Source: Azolla caroliniana
Lineage: Eukaryota > Plantae > Polypodiophyta
Assembly (NCBI GenBank): GCA_043228905.1
Contig: JBHGNT010000012.1
Location: 1,302,001 to 1,366,000, forward strand
Direction: 5' to 3'
DNA: 64,000 nt
In this document: piece after piece, positions 12,131-24,500 of the stretch
Position numbering within the stretch: position 1 is the stretch's first letter
How the letters are laid out: every line of letters begins with the position of its first letter
Position numbers and translations under genes: made by a program
The notes under the pieces: generated by a model
Told to the model about the DNA's origin: nothing
Database searches by the model: none
The model's input: only the letters and a program-made list of their open reading frames with translations

Positions 12131-15100
12131 GTCCAGCCAAAATAGGAGCCGTTTGGTTGGACAGCCCTAGATCTGTGCAGCCCATTAGTGGTTCCATTCC
12201 CTCTAAGCAAGTTAGTGATGTGTTCGTAGCCCAAGTAGCAGTTAGTACTAAAAGTACCCCTCCAGTACATACCTTAGCCCTTCTAGATTCCGGAGCTAAT
12301 TCTTGCTTCATGGATAGGAATTTTGCCCGAGCTCATCAGATATCTCTCAGAAAGCTCCCATGTCCAGCCTCAGTAGTAGTCATTGATGGTCGTCCCATTG
12401 CTTCTGGTAATATCATAGAAGAGTCGGAACCCGTTAATATTGTCCTAGATAACTTAACATGTGTAGTATCATTTAATATTATTAGTATTCCAGAACATCC
12501 CATAGTTTTAGGATTACCATGGTTCGAGTTACATAACCCAGACATAGATTGGAGGACAAGGGAAATCCGGTTGCGACAAACCCAAGGATCTACCCAGAAG
12601 GTTGCAACCATTTCGCTACATCAGTTGCGTGAGGAAGGGCGCAAGGAGGAAATGTTTCTCTTCGCAATATCAGTACAACCCTCCAGCACCGCCAAAGAGG
12701 AGTCCACCGTTCAACTTCCCGAGAAGTATCGTCAGTATGCTGATGTGTTCGATAAAGTACAAGCCAACACACTTCCTCATCATCGGCCGTACGATTGCGC
12801 CATCGACTTACAACCGGGAAAAGAGCCGCCATGGGGGCCGATCTACAATTTGTCACCAACCGAGCTAGAAGTCCTCCGAGCCTATATAGAGGAGAATTTG
12901 GAGAACGGTTTCATTCGGCATTCGAAATCTCCAGCCGGTGCACCCATTTTCTTCGTCAAGAAAAAAGATGGCTCGCTTCGACTCGTTGTAGATTACCGTG
13001 GCTTGAATAAGGTCACAGTAAGAAATAGGTATGCTCTTCCCCTTATCTCAAGTCTTTTAGAACGGATCAACGGTGCCAGGTTCTTCACGAAGATCGACTT
13101 ACGAGGAGCCTATAACCTCGTACGGATCCGACCAGGAGATGAATGGAAGACCGCGTTTCGCACCAGATATGGGCACTTCGAGTATACGGTCATGCCGTTC
13201 GGACTCACTAATGCGCCGGCAGTCTTCCAGCACATGGCGAATGATATATTTCGAGATCTCTTGGATGATTTTTTGATCATCTATTTGGATGATCTACTGG
13301 TTTATTCAAAGACCCAAGAAGAACATGATTCTCATGTACTATTAGTACTAAAACGACTTCGAGAACATGGTCTGTATGCAAAGTTAGAGAAATGTAGTTT
13401 CGGGTGCAACCAAGTGGAATTTCTCGGCTATGTCATCTCCTCAGAAGGCATATCTATGGACCCAGCCAAGGTGAAAACGGTGATAGAATGGCACACTCCG
13501 CGTTCGGTGCGGGATGTGCAATGCTTCCTAGGCTTTGCAAATTTTTACCGGAAGTTCATACAAAATTACTCAAAAATTGTGCTGCCTCTCACACAGCTCA
13601 CCAGGAAGGGACAATCATTCATTTGGTCTAAAGAGACGGACATGGCTTTCGAGAGTCTTAAGAAGGCGTTTACATCAGCTCCAATTTTAGGTCATGTGGA
13701 TCCGGAAAAACCATTCATTATCGAAGCTGACGCATCGGATTTCGCATTGGGGAGCATTCTGTCACAACAGGGTAACGACGAGAAGCTACATCCTGTGGCT
13801 TTCCACTCCCGTAAGTTTGACGCCGCCGAAATCAACTATGAAATTCATGATAAAGAGCTATTAGCAATAGTTGATTCTTTTATGCAATGGAGGCATTTCC
13901 TGGAGGGATCTCCTCATCAGGTCACTGTATTCAGTGACCACAAGAACCTTGCCTACTTTCAAGATGCTCGTGTACTGAATCGACGTCAAGCTCGGTGGGC
14001 CCACTTCCTCACACGCTTCGACTTCAAAATTACATATCGTCCGGGGAAGCACCAAGGGAAGGCAGATGCATTATCACGGCGTTCGTATCTAACACCACGT
14101 CCCGGTGAGCCAGCTTTCGATAACCAGAAGCAAGTAATCTTGGGTCCAGCACGACTGCAAGCAGCACAGGTCTTTGACATGCCCGTGGATTCCGACATTA
14201 CCAATACTATACGTGAGGACTTGAAGACTGACGCTTTCGCCCAAGCTATACTAGCACAAATTGACCCCTCTCGAGCGTCATGTTCACAATCACAATCACC
14301 AGGTACGGATTATCGGCAATTCAAATACTGTGATGGATTACTCTTCTTTAAAGAACTTTTGTATGTTCCTAATGGTTCTTGCCGCCTTCGAGTAGTACAA
14401 AATTGCCATGACACATATACAGCAGGACATTTTGGTAGTACTAAAACATTAGATTTAGTACAACGATCATTCTGGTGGCCCCATATGTGACAATTTGTCG
14501 AAGATTTTGTTCGGACTTGCGATACATGCTGCAGAGCGAAAATGCCAAGACATCATCCATATGGTTTATTAGAACCATTACCAATTCCAAGCAAGCCATG
14601 GCAATCCATTGCTCTTGACTTCATTACAGATCTTCCAGTCTCTAAGGGATTCAGTGCGATTCTCACAGTGGTGGATCGATATACGAAGATGGCTCATTTC
14701 TTACCATGTACTAAAGAAATATCTAGTGAAGACACCGCCGAAATTGTCATGCGGGAAGTATGTCGGCATCATGGACTCCCTGATAATATCATCAGCGATC
14801 GTGGACCCCAGTTTGTGTCAAAATTCTGGAAGCACCTTTTTAAAATGCTGAAGGTCACTTGTAACCTCTCCTCCGGCTACCACCCACAAACCGACGGTCA
14901 AGCCGAACGAACAAATCAAACACTGGAGCAGTATCTGCGGTGCTTTCTCAACTATCATCAGAATGACTGGGCAGATATTCTTCAGTTCGCCGAATTTGCC
15001 TATAATAACGCTATCCACGCATCGACTAAAGTCACGCCATTCTACGCTTATACGGGATATCATCCCCGGTGGTGTGTCCTTGAAACCCCAGAAGTGTCCA

Positions 15101-15714
15101 CAAATCCTTGCGCGGAGGATCGTTTGGAGCGGTTACGCAAGATACAAGCGGATTTATCTACTCAACTCCAGCAAGCTCAACAATCACACAAGGACTACGC
15201 AGATCGTCATCGACTTCCATCCAGTTTTAACATTGGAGATCGGGTGTGGCTGCTACGACGACACATCAAGATTACTCGCCCATGTGAGAAGTTGGATTAT
15301 CGGCGATTAGGTCCTTTCCGTATTATCGGGAAGATTAATGATGTCGCTTTTCGTCTCGAGCTACCTCCGCAACTTCGGATACATCCGGTGTTTCATAGTT
15401 CTCTCCTCGAACCCTATCACGAGAGCACTATCCCAGGACGTACTATACAACCACCACCTCCTATCGAGCTCGAAGATGGACCTGAGTATGAGGTCGCTGC
15501 CATCCTCGATTCCAAGATTGTTCGCAACAAGCTCTACTATCTAGTCGATTGGCTAGGATATAGTCCCAGCGAGCGTACTTGGGAACCGATCGAGAATGTG
15601 ACCAATGCTCGTGCTCTTCTAGAAGACTTCCATCGACGATATCCCGAGAAACCGGGTCCTCAATCCAAAACGACTCGTGGAACTCGTCGTTTTAAAGGGG
15701 GGATAGTGTCATAA
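12103..15714 (+). pseudogene. pol: chromovirus Pol (PR-RT-RH-IN-chromodomain) in the -1 frame, one in-frame stop at 14488-14490
   Basis: LLDSGA, YLDD, DASDFALG, GH..C..C, DFITDL, SDRGPQF, QTDGQAER, GPF, YEVAAIL...YLVDWLGY...TWEP. The two listed ORFs are in the same frame. Confidence 0.93.
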
Positions 15715-15997
15715 CTAGACTCGAACCCATAACCTTTTGTTACACGGGTCGAGACTTTACCATTAGGTTATGAATTGTAATTTGAAGGATATTATTTTCA
15801 TTTAGGTTTTATTGGGAAATTGATGTATATTCCAGATTTCTCTGGAACATTCTAGAAACTTCAGGAGTATTCCTGAAGACACTATAAAAGGAGGCGCAAG
15901 GCATTAGTTCGAACCAAATCGGTTCAACGCCAGTCTTAAGCCTTCTAACTACTGTTGTATATCTTCCTTCATATAATACATATATCTTTCGCATCAT

Positions 15998-16054
<57 letters not shown>

Positions 16055-16188
16055 ACTCATTCCTTCTCTCAAAAGTTCGACACCTCTCATAGTACTAATC
16101 CTTCTCTGTCTTAGTACTATTCCCCAACAATAGTACTAATCCTTCTTTTAGTACTAATTCCTTCTCTGCCTTAATAGAGTTCCTGACA
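15707..16188 (+). repeat. chromovirus 3' LTR
   Basis: Direct repeat of 10394-10859. Confidence 0.95.
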
Positions 16189-18299
16189 AGGATCCTTGTC
16201 TTGTCTTTTCTTGAAAAGCTTTACTCTTTTTCCCGCAATGGGTACGGCCATCCTTGATCCGTCTAGTTCCGCAAGGTGGTATGTGGCATTATCGTTGGCA
16301 CTTGTCACCACATACGGCCCGAACTATCTTCTTGCGAACTTCCTTGTCGTACTATGTTGATTGTCAAGGGTGCTGTCGTAAACCAAAACCCAATCCCCTT
16401 CTTCAATCTTCTTGGGACGAACTCGATGCGTGTTGTCGTACCGAACTTTGTTCTTTACTCGGGCTGCCTTCATCATCTTTCGCGCTTTTTCTAAATCTTC
16501 AGGTCTTCTTTCAAGTTGCCTTATCCGCGCCGCTAATAACTCTTCACGGCTCATCTCGTTCTCCCATGGTATCGCGCATTATCTTCACCTTCTTGATTGA
16601 TGACCCACTCGATTCCGGTTGGGCTCGTATCTACGGTCACATAAATTGGTTTCCCTTCGGCATAGTCGGCCTTCCTTAGTGCCGAAGCTTCAAGGAGCAG
16701 TTTCTTTAATCTTCGCATTGCCTCTGTGTGCTCGTCTCGCCATTCGAACTTTATTCATTTCTTTAGTAGTCCATATAACGGTTCAACGACATGAGCGTAG
16801 TGAGGAATCCATATATGATAAAACGCGCACGCTCCAAGGAACCTTCGAACCTCCGTTTGGTTTTCGCATTCTTCTTTCATGTCTTGGATTGCGTTCACTT
16901 TGGATGGCGAGGGCTTCCGGCCGTATGCTCCACACAAGTGACCTACCACCAAGATCTCCGGTTGCCCGAATGCGGATTTTTCTCCCGAAAATGTCAAATT
17001 CGCATCTTCGAGCCTTTGAAGCACCTTCTCGCAATCTCTCATATGATCCGCAACGAACTTTCTACAACCTTCCTTATCTTTCGATTCATCTTTCTCCTCA
17101 TCCGAACATCCTTTTATCGGAATATCATCCAAGAATGGCATCGTGATGTCCGGAATGCAATCCTTCAAGACTTTATTCATGGCATTCACCATATGAGCCA
17201 CCGAGTTCGTTGCGCCTTGGGGTAAGGTACACATCTGCACAAGCCCGATCGGAGTCCTCATGGTTGTAATGTCCCGACTGTCGATGGCCAACTAGAATTG
17301 GTCATATCCGGAGTAGAGATCGCCAATGGAGTAGATGGACCGGCCCGCAAACGCTTCGGCAAATTCGTCCACGCTCGGACCGATTCCGGCATTTCGAATT
17401 GTCACCTTGTTGACGGGTTGAAGATCTTGGATGAATCGCAATGATCCATTCTTCTTCGGCACCGTGAACCACCTATTGGAATAAGGAGCATTCGACGGTT
17501 CTAGAATTCCCATACTCACCTTCTCCTTTAAGAGCTCGATCAGCTTCGGAAGGTGTGCTCTCGGAACCGGTATCGGTTTCAAATTCCAAGGCACATGAGG
17601 CACCGTGAAGATCACCATTGCCTCTATAACCTTTGGGTCGGCGCATCCGATTTCTCGTGGGAAGAATGCGAAAGCCTTCCCATGTCTCTCAAGCATACCA
17701 CGAAACATTCGCTCCTCTTCAGGGAGAAGGAAATCCTCCTTTCCAACTCGTAGCTTCCCCTTCGTTTCTTTGGTGAAGTCATGACCTATCTTCTTCAGAT
17801 CTCTTAAGCTTGGATCGTTAGCGACTTCCTTCATCTTTTGCCAGCTATCTTCCGGTAGCGGAACCGCAACTGGCTTGATCTTCTTATCCACTGTTTTATA
17901 TTTCGTGTTGATGTCAGCTTCATTCATCGAGATGCCACGACGGTATTCATCGATGATAGCGTACATGTTGACAGAGTTAACCGAAATCACGCATTGGTTG
18001 TGAAGATAGCTCAAGTCCACGACGTCCTCGATATCACCGATGGTGTCGTTAAATGAGGCTTCTTCCATAATATGAGTCACGAACTCCCCTTCTTCTATTA
18101 TGTTCTCTTCTTTCAGCATCTTCTCGAATTCTTGTATCCGGTGCTTGTGCTTCTTGTCGGGTAGTACTAGTTTACATGCGCCACTAGGTGTGACACATGT
18201 TGCTTCTCCTTGCAATCCACGCACTCTTCTTTCTTGTGGGGTCTTGTGATCGCTCGGACTATTTGTGCCCCATGCTTCAATAGTCCGCTCTAAAAATCC
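16189..18299 (-). pseudogene. pol: gypsy pol, disrupted (stop at 17292-17294, internal deletion)
   Basis: Reverse-complement homolog of 1-1188 and 2499-2880, plus the upstream pol N-terminus. Confidence 0.9.
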
Positions 18300-18332
18300 G
18301 AGGATTTGCCTCCGAGACTATCTCGATTCCTT

Positions 18333-20465
18333 TCATGATCTTTGGTTGTCAAGACTCTTTATTCGTGCGAAGGCTGCTCCATTATCGAACACTTTGGTCT
18401 CCATCCGAGATGATGTGATATAAGGTTGCCCTAGGATGACAGGATGCGACGCCGATTCTTGTACGAAGAAGTGTTGATCCATCTCCACATCCCCGATCGT
18501 GACTTTGACATTGGGACAAGCTCTGTACAAGTCCTCCGTAGACTTTGTTGCCGCGCGAATCTTCCATCCGTGGTTTGTATTGATTGGCCATCTTCCCTTT
18601 TTGTAGAAGTCGGTTGACATGAGGTTGATCTCCGAGCCGTGGTCGATCAAGGCTACGACAGTCTCTTTCTTCTCCCCGATCTTCACCGGCGTCTCCGTTG
18701 TCGCTCGTTCCCAATGAGGTCGAGTGTAGTGGCTGTCCACCATATCTTCATCGATTTCGTCTCTTGCCATCGTTATGGCATTCGTTTTTGCTTTCTGCGG
18801 CTTCTCTTCTTCCTCGTCCGATTGTTGTCTCTTTCTCTTTACAAGGTCCACGATCGTGTCATGGAACTCCTTCTTCGTAATGCCAAGCAATTCTCTCAAG
18901 GACAAAGTTACGTGGCTATCAAGAACTCGTTCTTCGAGAATCTTCTTTAGGTCCGTCGTCTGCTCTATGTCCGACCTTAGCTTATAGGTAGGTATGGTCC
19001 TTGTCCTCCGAGCGGGGTCTTCGACACCAACCTTCACGGGCTGAACCGTTTCTTCAACTCGTATGCTCGGCTCCCCTTTTCGGCTTGATTCTCGTTCCTC
19101 CGTTTGTAAAGGTCGACTCGTCTCCGCATCGTCCTTCTTTTTCGCGTTCCTTGTTTCATGTCTTTTTGATGGCCCTTGCTCTTCTATTCTCTTTCTCTTC
19201 TCTTCGACGAACACCTCGTGGTTGTCGCACATCACCTCCGCGAGTATGGTGTTGTCGTCCACCGGATCCGACCACCCGGTTATGTTTTGCACGTTTCGGT
19301 CCGCAAGCTCTACCTCGTTCGATGTGACTTTTCCCTTCTTCTCATATTCGAGAACGGAAGTCCAAAACTTTGCTCCCGCTCTAGCAGCTTCAGTCTTGTC
19401 TTTCCCGACTCTTATTCCGGCCGACGCAGCATAGTGCATCGCATCCACATGAGTCGCATCGGCATCCTCCATAGATCTCTTCATTCCTCCTCTTCCGAAA
19501 TTCACCCGTAGGGGTCTTCTAGTCTCGCTTGAGCAGATCATGTTGTCCTCTATGTATAGGATATTTTGTCGAATCGCCTCTCGAAGGCTCGTACAATCCC
19601 TTCTCATGTGGTCCATGCTATCGCACCACACGCATCTAAAGGGTTCTTTTCCTTTAGGGCCCTGACGATTCATGTTGGCTAGAGTGACCTTCTCGAACTT
19701 CTTCGCTAGCTCTTCAATGATGTCGTCATCAATCTTCTTTTCTTCCACGTTACTTTGTCTTGGCGGCTCAGCTACTTTCGGCGGTCTTGCTTTCTCCGTG
19801 GTAGTCGGTCCCGTCAAGTCGGTGTCATCAACCCATTGGCGACGCTTGTCGAGCCTATTGCAAGCCCGCTTCACCGCGATCCAGTCCGCTACGAGTCCAT
19901 TTGCTTGGGTATCATCTTCGAGAAGAGTCCCCAACTCCCGTCTATCCTTTATGTCCACGGCCTTCAAGAAGTACAAAGTCTTGTCCTCTTCAAGCAATAC
20001 TTGGTCCGTATTGGGGAGACGACTAAACATCTGGTCGAATTCGTCGTACACCCTCGAGACGCTCATCTTCTTATTCTTCTTCTCTATCCACTTCATTAGG
20101 GCATGTCGAGTCATCCTCGTTGAGTCTTTAGTCATGAACTCCGCTAGTATCGTTTTCTCAAACTCGGACCATGTTGTCTTTCCTTCTTGAAGCTCGATGA
20201 CGCGTCTTTGGATGTTGTTGGCAACAACTCTCTTGAAGCTTGCGATTTGACGTGCCTCGGACACGTCCCTTTGATTCATCTCCCTCTTATATGCATCAAG
20301 GAACTTCGTAACGTTCCTTCCATCGAATTGGCCCTCGAGCTCTACGACACGATCAACAACCTTCTCCACGCTCGCGTCGTTGTCCCGAGATCTCATCATT
20401 TGCTCGACGATTAGCATCATCCTTTCGAGCTCTCCCGCTTGGTTGCTTGAGGACGCCATCTCCAA
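18333..20465 (-). CDS. gag: gypsy Gag-protease ORF (710 aa; C-terminus probably frameshifted by a small deletion)
   Basis: FDGRNVTKFL capsid start, zinc knuckle CVWCDSMDHMRRDC, aspartic protease ALIDHGSEINL...VILGQP. Confidence 0.85.
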   Translation of the reverse strand: MEMASSSNQAGELERMMLIVEQMMRSRDNDASVEKVVDRVVELEGQFDGRNVTKFLDAYKREMNQRDVSEARQIASFKRVVANNIQRRVIELQEGKTTWSEFEKTILAEFMTKDSTRMTRHALMKWIEKKNKKMSVSRVYDEFDQMFSRLPNTDQVLLEEDKTLYFLKAVDIKDRRELGTLLEDDTQANGLVADWIAVKRACNRLDKRRQWVDDTDLTGPTTTEKARPPKVAEPPRQSNVEEKKIDDDIIEELAKKFEKVTLANMNRQGPKGKEPFRCVWCDSMDHMRRDCTSLREAIRQNILYIEDNMICSSETRRPLRVNFGRGGMKRSMEDADATHVDAMHYAASAGIRVGKDKTEAARAGAKFWTSVLEYEKKGKVTSNEVELADRNVQNITGWSDPVDDNTILAEVMCDNHEVFVEEKRKRIEEQGPSKRHETRNAKKKDDAETSRPLQTEERESSRKGEPSIRVEETVQPVKVGVEDPARRTRTIPTYKLRSDIEQTTDLKKILEERVLDSHVTLSLRELLGITKKEFHDTIVDLVKRKRQQSDEEEEKPQKAKTNAITMARDEIDEDMVDSHYTRPHWERATTETPVKIGEKKETVVALIDHGSEINLMSTDFYKKGRWPINTNHGWKIRAATKSTEDLYRACPNVKVTIGDVEMDQHFFVQESASHPVILGQPYITSSRMETKVFDNGAAFARIKSLDNQRS

Positions 20466-20500
20466 GTATTAATCTCGACTTGATCCTTCCTACCGCCTCG

Positions 20501-20518
20501 TTCACGTCGGGTTCACCA
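20501..20518 (-). promoter_or_regulatory. primer-binding site complementary to the tRNA-Trp 3' end
   Basis: Minus strand TGGTGAACCCGACGTGAA is the complement of the plant tRNA-Trp 3' end (...TTCACGTCGGGTTCACCA, recalled from memory); it lies 8 nt from the 5' LTR. Confidence 0.85.
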
Positions 20519-20526
20519 CTTTATTA

Positions 20527-21555
20527 TGTCGTGAAGATCCGTCACTACGCGCGGATCGTGAGGCGGAACCGCCGGGGTTCTGGACTAGAAGGATTTAGAG
20601 TCGATACAAGCTTTGGCGAGAAAGTACTTAAGATAGATTGGGAAAGAGAGAAGATGAGATTACACGATCGATTTCATAACGAATTTCTTCCTCTTAATTT
20701 TTATAAAAAAAACCATGTTTTTCTCCTCCCCCTTCCCTCTTTTATAGATGCTCTCATGCATATGATGCATGTGAGGGTACAAGACATGTATAAATTGCAT
20801 GTTTGCCATTTGGCGCTTAAGTATTACATGTGGTGCATGCTGACCATGTCACTCATTTTAGCACTCATGGATGAGAATTTACATGTAAAAGTACAATGAT
20901 AGAAATATAATTTCAACTAAATACTATGGCTTAATGGTAAGCCATTTGACTCCTAACTTGGAGGTGCAAGGTTTGAATCCATACTTGCCCTCCTTGTATA
21001 TGTAAATATGTATATATTTTTATATATTTATATTATCTAGTCGCCGGTTCGCCGGATACCGCCGCCGGATGCTGCCGCCGGATACCGGTGCCGCCGCCGG
21101 ATGCCGCCGCCGACGCCGGATACCGGTGCCGCATGCCGCCGCCGGATTGCGATCGGATCACCGGCTCCATCGCCGGTCCGGTTTTGGTTGGCCAAAACCC
21201 TTATCGAGTAGTTAGGCACCTCCACTCTAAGTTCAAGTTACCTTGAACTCTCTATGCACCACACATAGACACAAAGATAATATCTTTTGCTCCACCTTAT
21301 ATATGATGAGAGCCGTATTTGTCGTGCCTATGTGGGATATCTCACAATTTTCTCTTTTCTTTTCACAAACTTTATACCCTCATATCTTGACATTTAGTTG
21401 TCCATTTCTCGTGTAATAAAGTGCATTCGAAACCTCCATCATTTTGTACTTAGATATTAAAAATGTTATCTTCACAATTATTGTATTACATGATTCATAC
21501 TCGATTTTGTACGTTTTATGGGATTTTCACACTATTGCCGAAAATCTTCACGACA
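20527..21555 (-). repeat. gypsy 5' LTR (1029 bp)
   Basis: Same TIRs as the other copies; longer GC-rich repeat block. Confidence 0.95.
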
Positions 21556-24500
21556 GCGCGCACTAAAGGTGCTCCACGGTTGGCTTCTACATGAACTGGA
21601 TGATCACACCGATCGGATAACTGATGTTGGGTCGGGTGATTGTCAAGTATATCAGGCTTCCGACTATTTGTCGGAACCGTTTCTCATCGCAGGCCGGTCC
21701 GGAGTTGGGATGGAGCTTCTGGTTCCGGTCCAGGGGTGTGGAGACAGGTCGGCATTCCATCATACCGAACTTGTACAACATATTCAACACATAGTGTCGT
21801 TGTGAGAGCAATATGCCATTGACGGTTCGGATCACCTCAATCCCAAGGAAATAATGAAGGTCCCCCAAGTCCTTCATCTCAAAGGCATCCGACAACTAGG
21901 CCTTGACACAACCGATTTCATTGAGTCCGGGTCTGGTGATGACTAAATCATCTACGTAAAGTAAGATGCAAACCGGACCATCCGGACCTTACCGGATGAA
22001 CAATGATGAGTTGGATTTAGAGGTCACAAACCCCATCTTACGCAAATGGTGCATGATCTTCGCATTCCAAGCTCGGGGAGCTTGTTTTAGACCGTAAAGC
22101 GACTTCTTAAGCCAGCACACCACCGACTTGTTCATGTCCGACTGAAAACCGGGAGGTTGGATCATATCGACCCATTCTTCAAGGTCACTTTGAAGAAACA
22201 CATTCTTCACGTACATCTGGTGAAAATGCCACCCCCTTGCCGCAGCAACCGCCAATACCACACAAACTGTCGTCATCTTTGCTACCAGAGCGAAGGTCTC
22301 GTCATAGTCGATTCCATGGGTCTGTGCGTATCCCTTCGCCACTAACCGGTTAACCGAACCGTCGGCTTGTACTTTACCTTGTACACCCATTTGCAACCGA
22401 TCGGTTTACAGTGTCGGGGAGGGTCAACGAGGTCCCATGTGTCGTTGGCATTGAGTGCCCGCATTTCTTCTTCCATAGTTGCACGCCAATTTGCATCCTT
22501 TGCTGCTTCTACGTAGCTCTCTAGCTCACGCACTTCTGCCACTTTGGTCATGTACGCATAGTGATGCGCCATGTACTCATTGTACCCGTACTGCATAACG
22601 GGGTTCTTATGGCAGGAAGACTGGTGGAACTTATCATCACCCGGTTTGGGGCCCTTCTTGGCCGGTTCAGACTTCATTCCCGAAGATCCGCCTTCATCCT
22701 TTTCGGAGTTGGATTCGCTCCGATCCGACTCATCATTGCCGGTTTCGTATCCCAGCATCTTCTTCTTCCCCTTCTCTTTGCGCGTGAACCGTCTCCTCGG
22801 TTCCTTGTGCGGGGGAAGCACGACAGAGTCTCCACTACTCGTCAGGTGTTCATCCGACTGGTCATCCTGACTCAGCCGCTCATTCGGCCCACTTTACCAG
22901 AATGAGATCGGACTCTCTTATAGAGTGCCAAAGTCTTCATCTTTTACCTGGACCTCCTCGGGCTCACTAGCCTCGTCTTCCGAAATTAGGTCTTCATCGG
23001 GAGTTGGAGTTGGTAGGGTGTACCATGATGCCAACTCATCAAACTCGACATCTCGACTTACTCATACTTGTTTAGCCCGGGGGTTATAGCACTTATACGA
23101 GTAACAGATTAGGATGCACTTCTCTAACTTCGGATCTAGCTTCTCATCCGGGACATGCACATATGCTATGCTACCAAATATCCGACGGTGCCTCAAATTC
23201 GGCTTCTGCCCGAAATACAACTCATCTGCTGACACCTTGTCTCCGATCCAGTTTTGGATGTAGACGGCCGACCTGACCACCTCAGCCCAGTAGAATTGGG
23301 GCATGCTCTTCTCCTCTAGCATTTCCATTGTCACGTCAACAATCGACTGGTTATTTCTTTCGGCCACACTATTTTGTTCTGGTGTGTATCAACAATTGAA
23401 TTCTCTCTGAATTCCGTTCTGCTGCATATAACTGTTGAATTGGCCGGAAAAGTATTCTTTTCCGCCATCCGACCGCAAGCACTGATCTTCTTCTACGTTT
23501 CCTGTTCAACCAAGCTTTGAAGGTTCCGGAAACACTCAAAGACTTCACTCTTCCTCTCGATGAGGTAGATCCACGTGTGCCGGTTGTAATTGTCGATGAA
23601 GGAGACGAAGTATCAACCCCCGCCAAGACTAAAGTTCTGTGTCGGTCCCCATACATCCGAATGGATTAGGTCGAGCTTACTATGGCTCCGGTTTCGTTCG
23701 GTGGGGAATGGAAGCCTGTGTTGCTTCTTGAGTTGGCAGGCTTCACAAATTTCGGCCTTCTGGACGCTAAATTTCGGCAAACAGAAAACGACTTGTTTCG
23801 ATTGCAGGTCTTGAAGCCTCCAATAATTGACATGGCCCATTCGCTTGTGCCAGAGATCTATGTCTGATTCAATCTTTTGTCCTTTGGCAAACAAGGCGGT
23901 GTCGACGTCGTTTGTGTTGAAGATGAACATCCTCCCATCCCTGCGCCCTTGCGCAATAATCTAGCCCTCTTCCTCGATGAAGCACCCGAGGTGCATAAAC
24001 CGCACCTACATCCCCTGGTCAACGATTTGTCTGACCGACACTAGGTTCTTTGTGATTGTTGAAACATGTAATACGTTCATCAGCTTCCCCGTCTGTCCGA
24101 CATGGCTCAAAGGGACTTCTCGGACATGCACAATCGGATGAGGAGTGTCGTCTCCAGTTTCGACAACGCCCGGTTGATCTAGTTTCTCTAGAAAAGAGAA
24201 CCATTCTTCGTGGCTCGTCATGTGGTTCAACGCATTGGAATCAACGTACCATACTTCCTTCGATTTCGATATAGTCTTCTTCATCGAGTTAGCCTTATGC
24301 TTCATCACGAAGGATGGCCCTTTACCGGTCTTCCGGGTTCCGGATCCTTCCGATCCTTCTGCGTAGTGCGAGCTTTGCCGGTTTTCCCGACCAACCTTGC
24401 CGTATCCGGATTTGTCCGAATCGGCACGCTTCTTCTAACATTCGCTTTCCATGTGGCCCTTTTTGCCACAATACCAGCATTCCGTGTCGGCTTTTTCCTT

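Larger units (their letters stand above)
10394..16188 (+). mobile_element. young Ty3/gypsy chromovirus (Tcn1-like), full length
   Basis: LTRs 10394-10859 and 15707-16188, identical by eye except (CT)n length. Perfect TSD AGGAT (10389-10393, 16189-16193). PPT AAAGGGGGGATAG. C-terminal chromodomain. Confidence 0.96.
9261..21555 (-). mobile_element. full-length non-chromoviral Ty3/gypsy (Phygy-like) with nested chromovirus and ~1.3 kb internal deletion
   Basis: LTRs 20527-21555 and 9261-10247, tRNA-Trp PBS, PPT 10248-10259, gag-PR then pol. 4-bp TSD GCGC/ACGC with one mismatch. Deletion junction near 16570. Confidence 0.93.
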
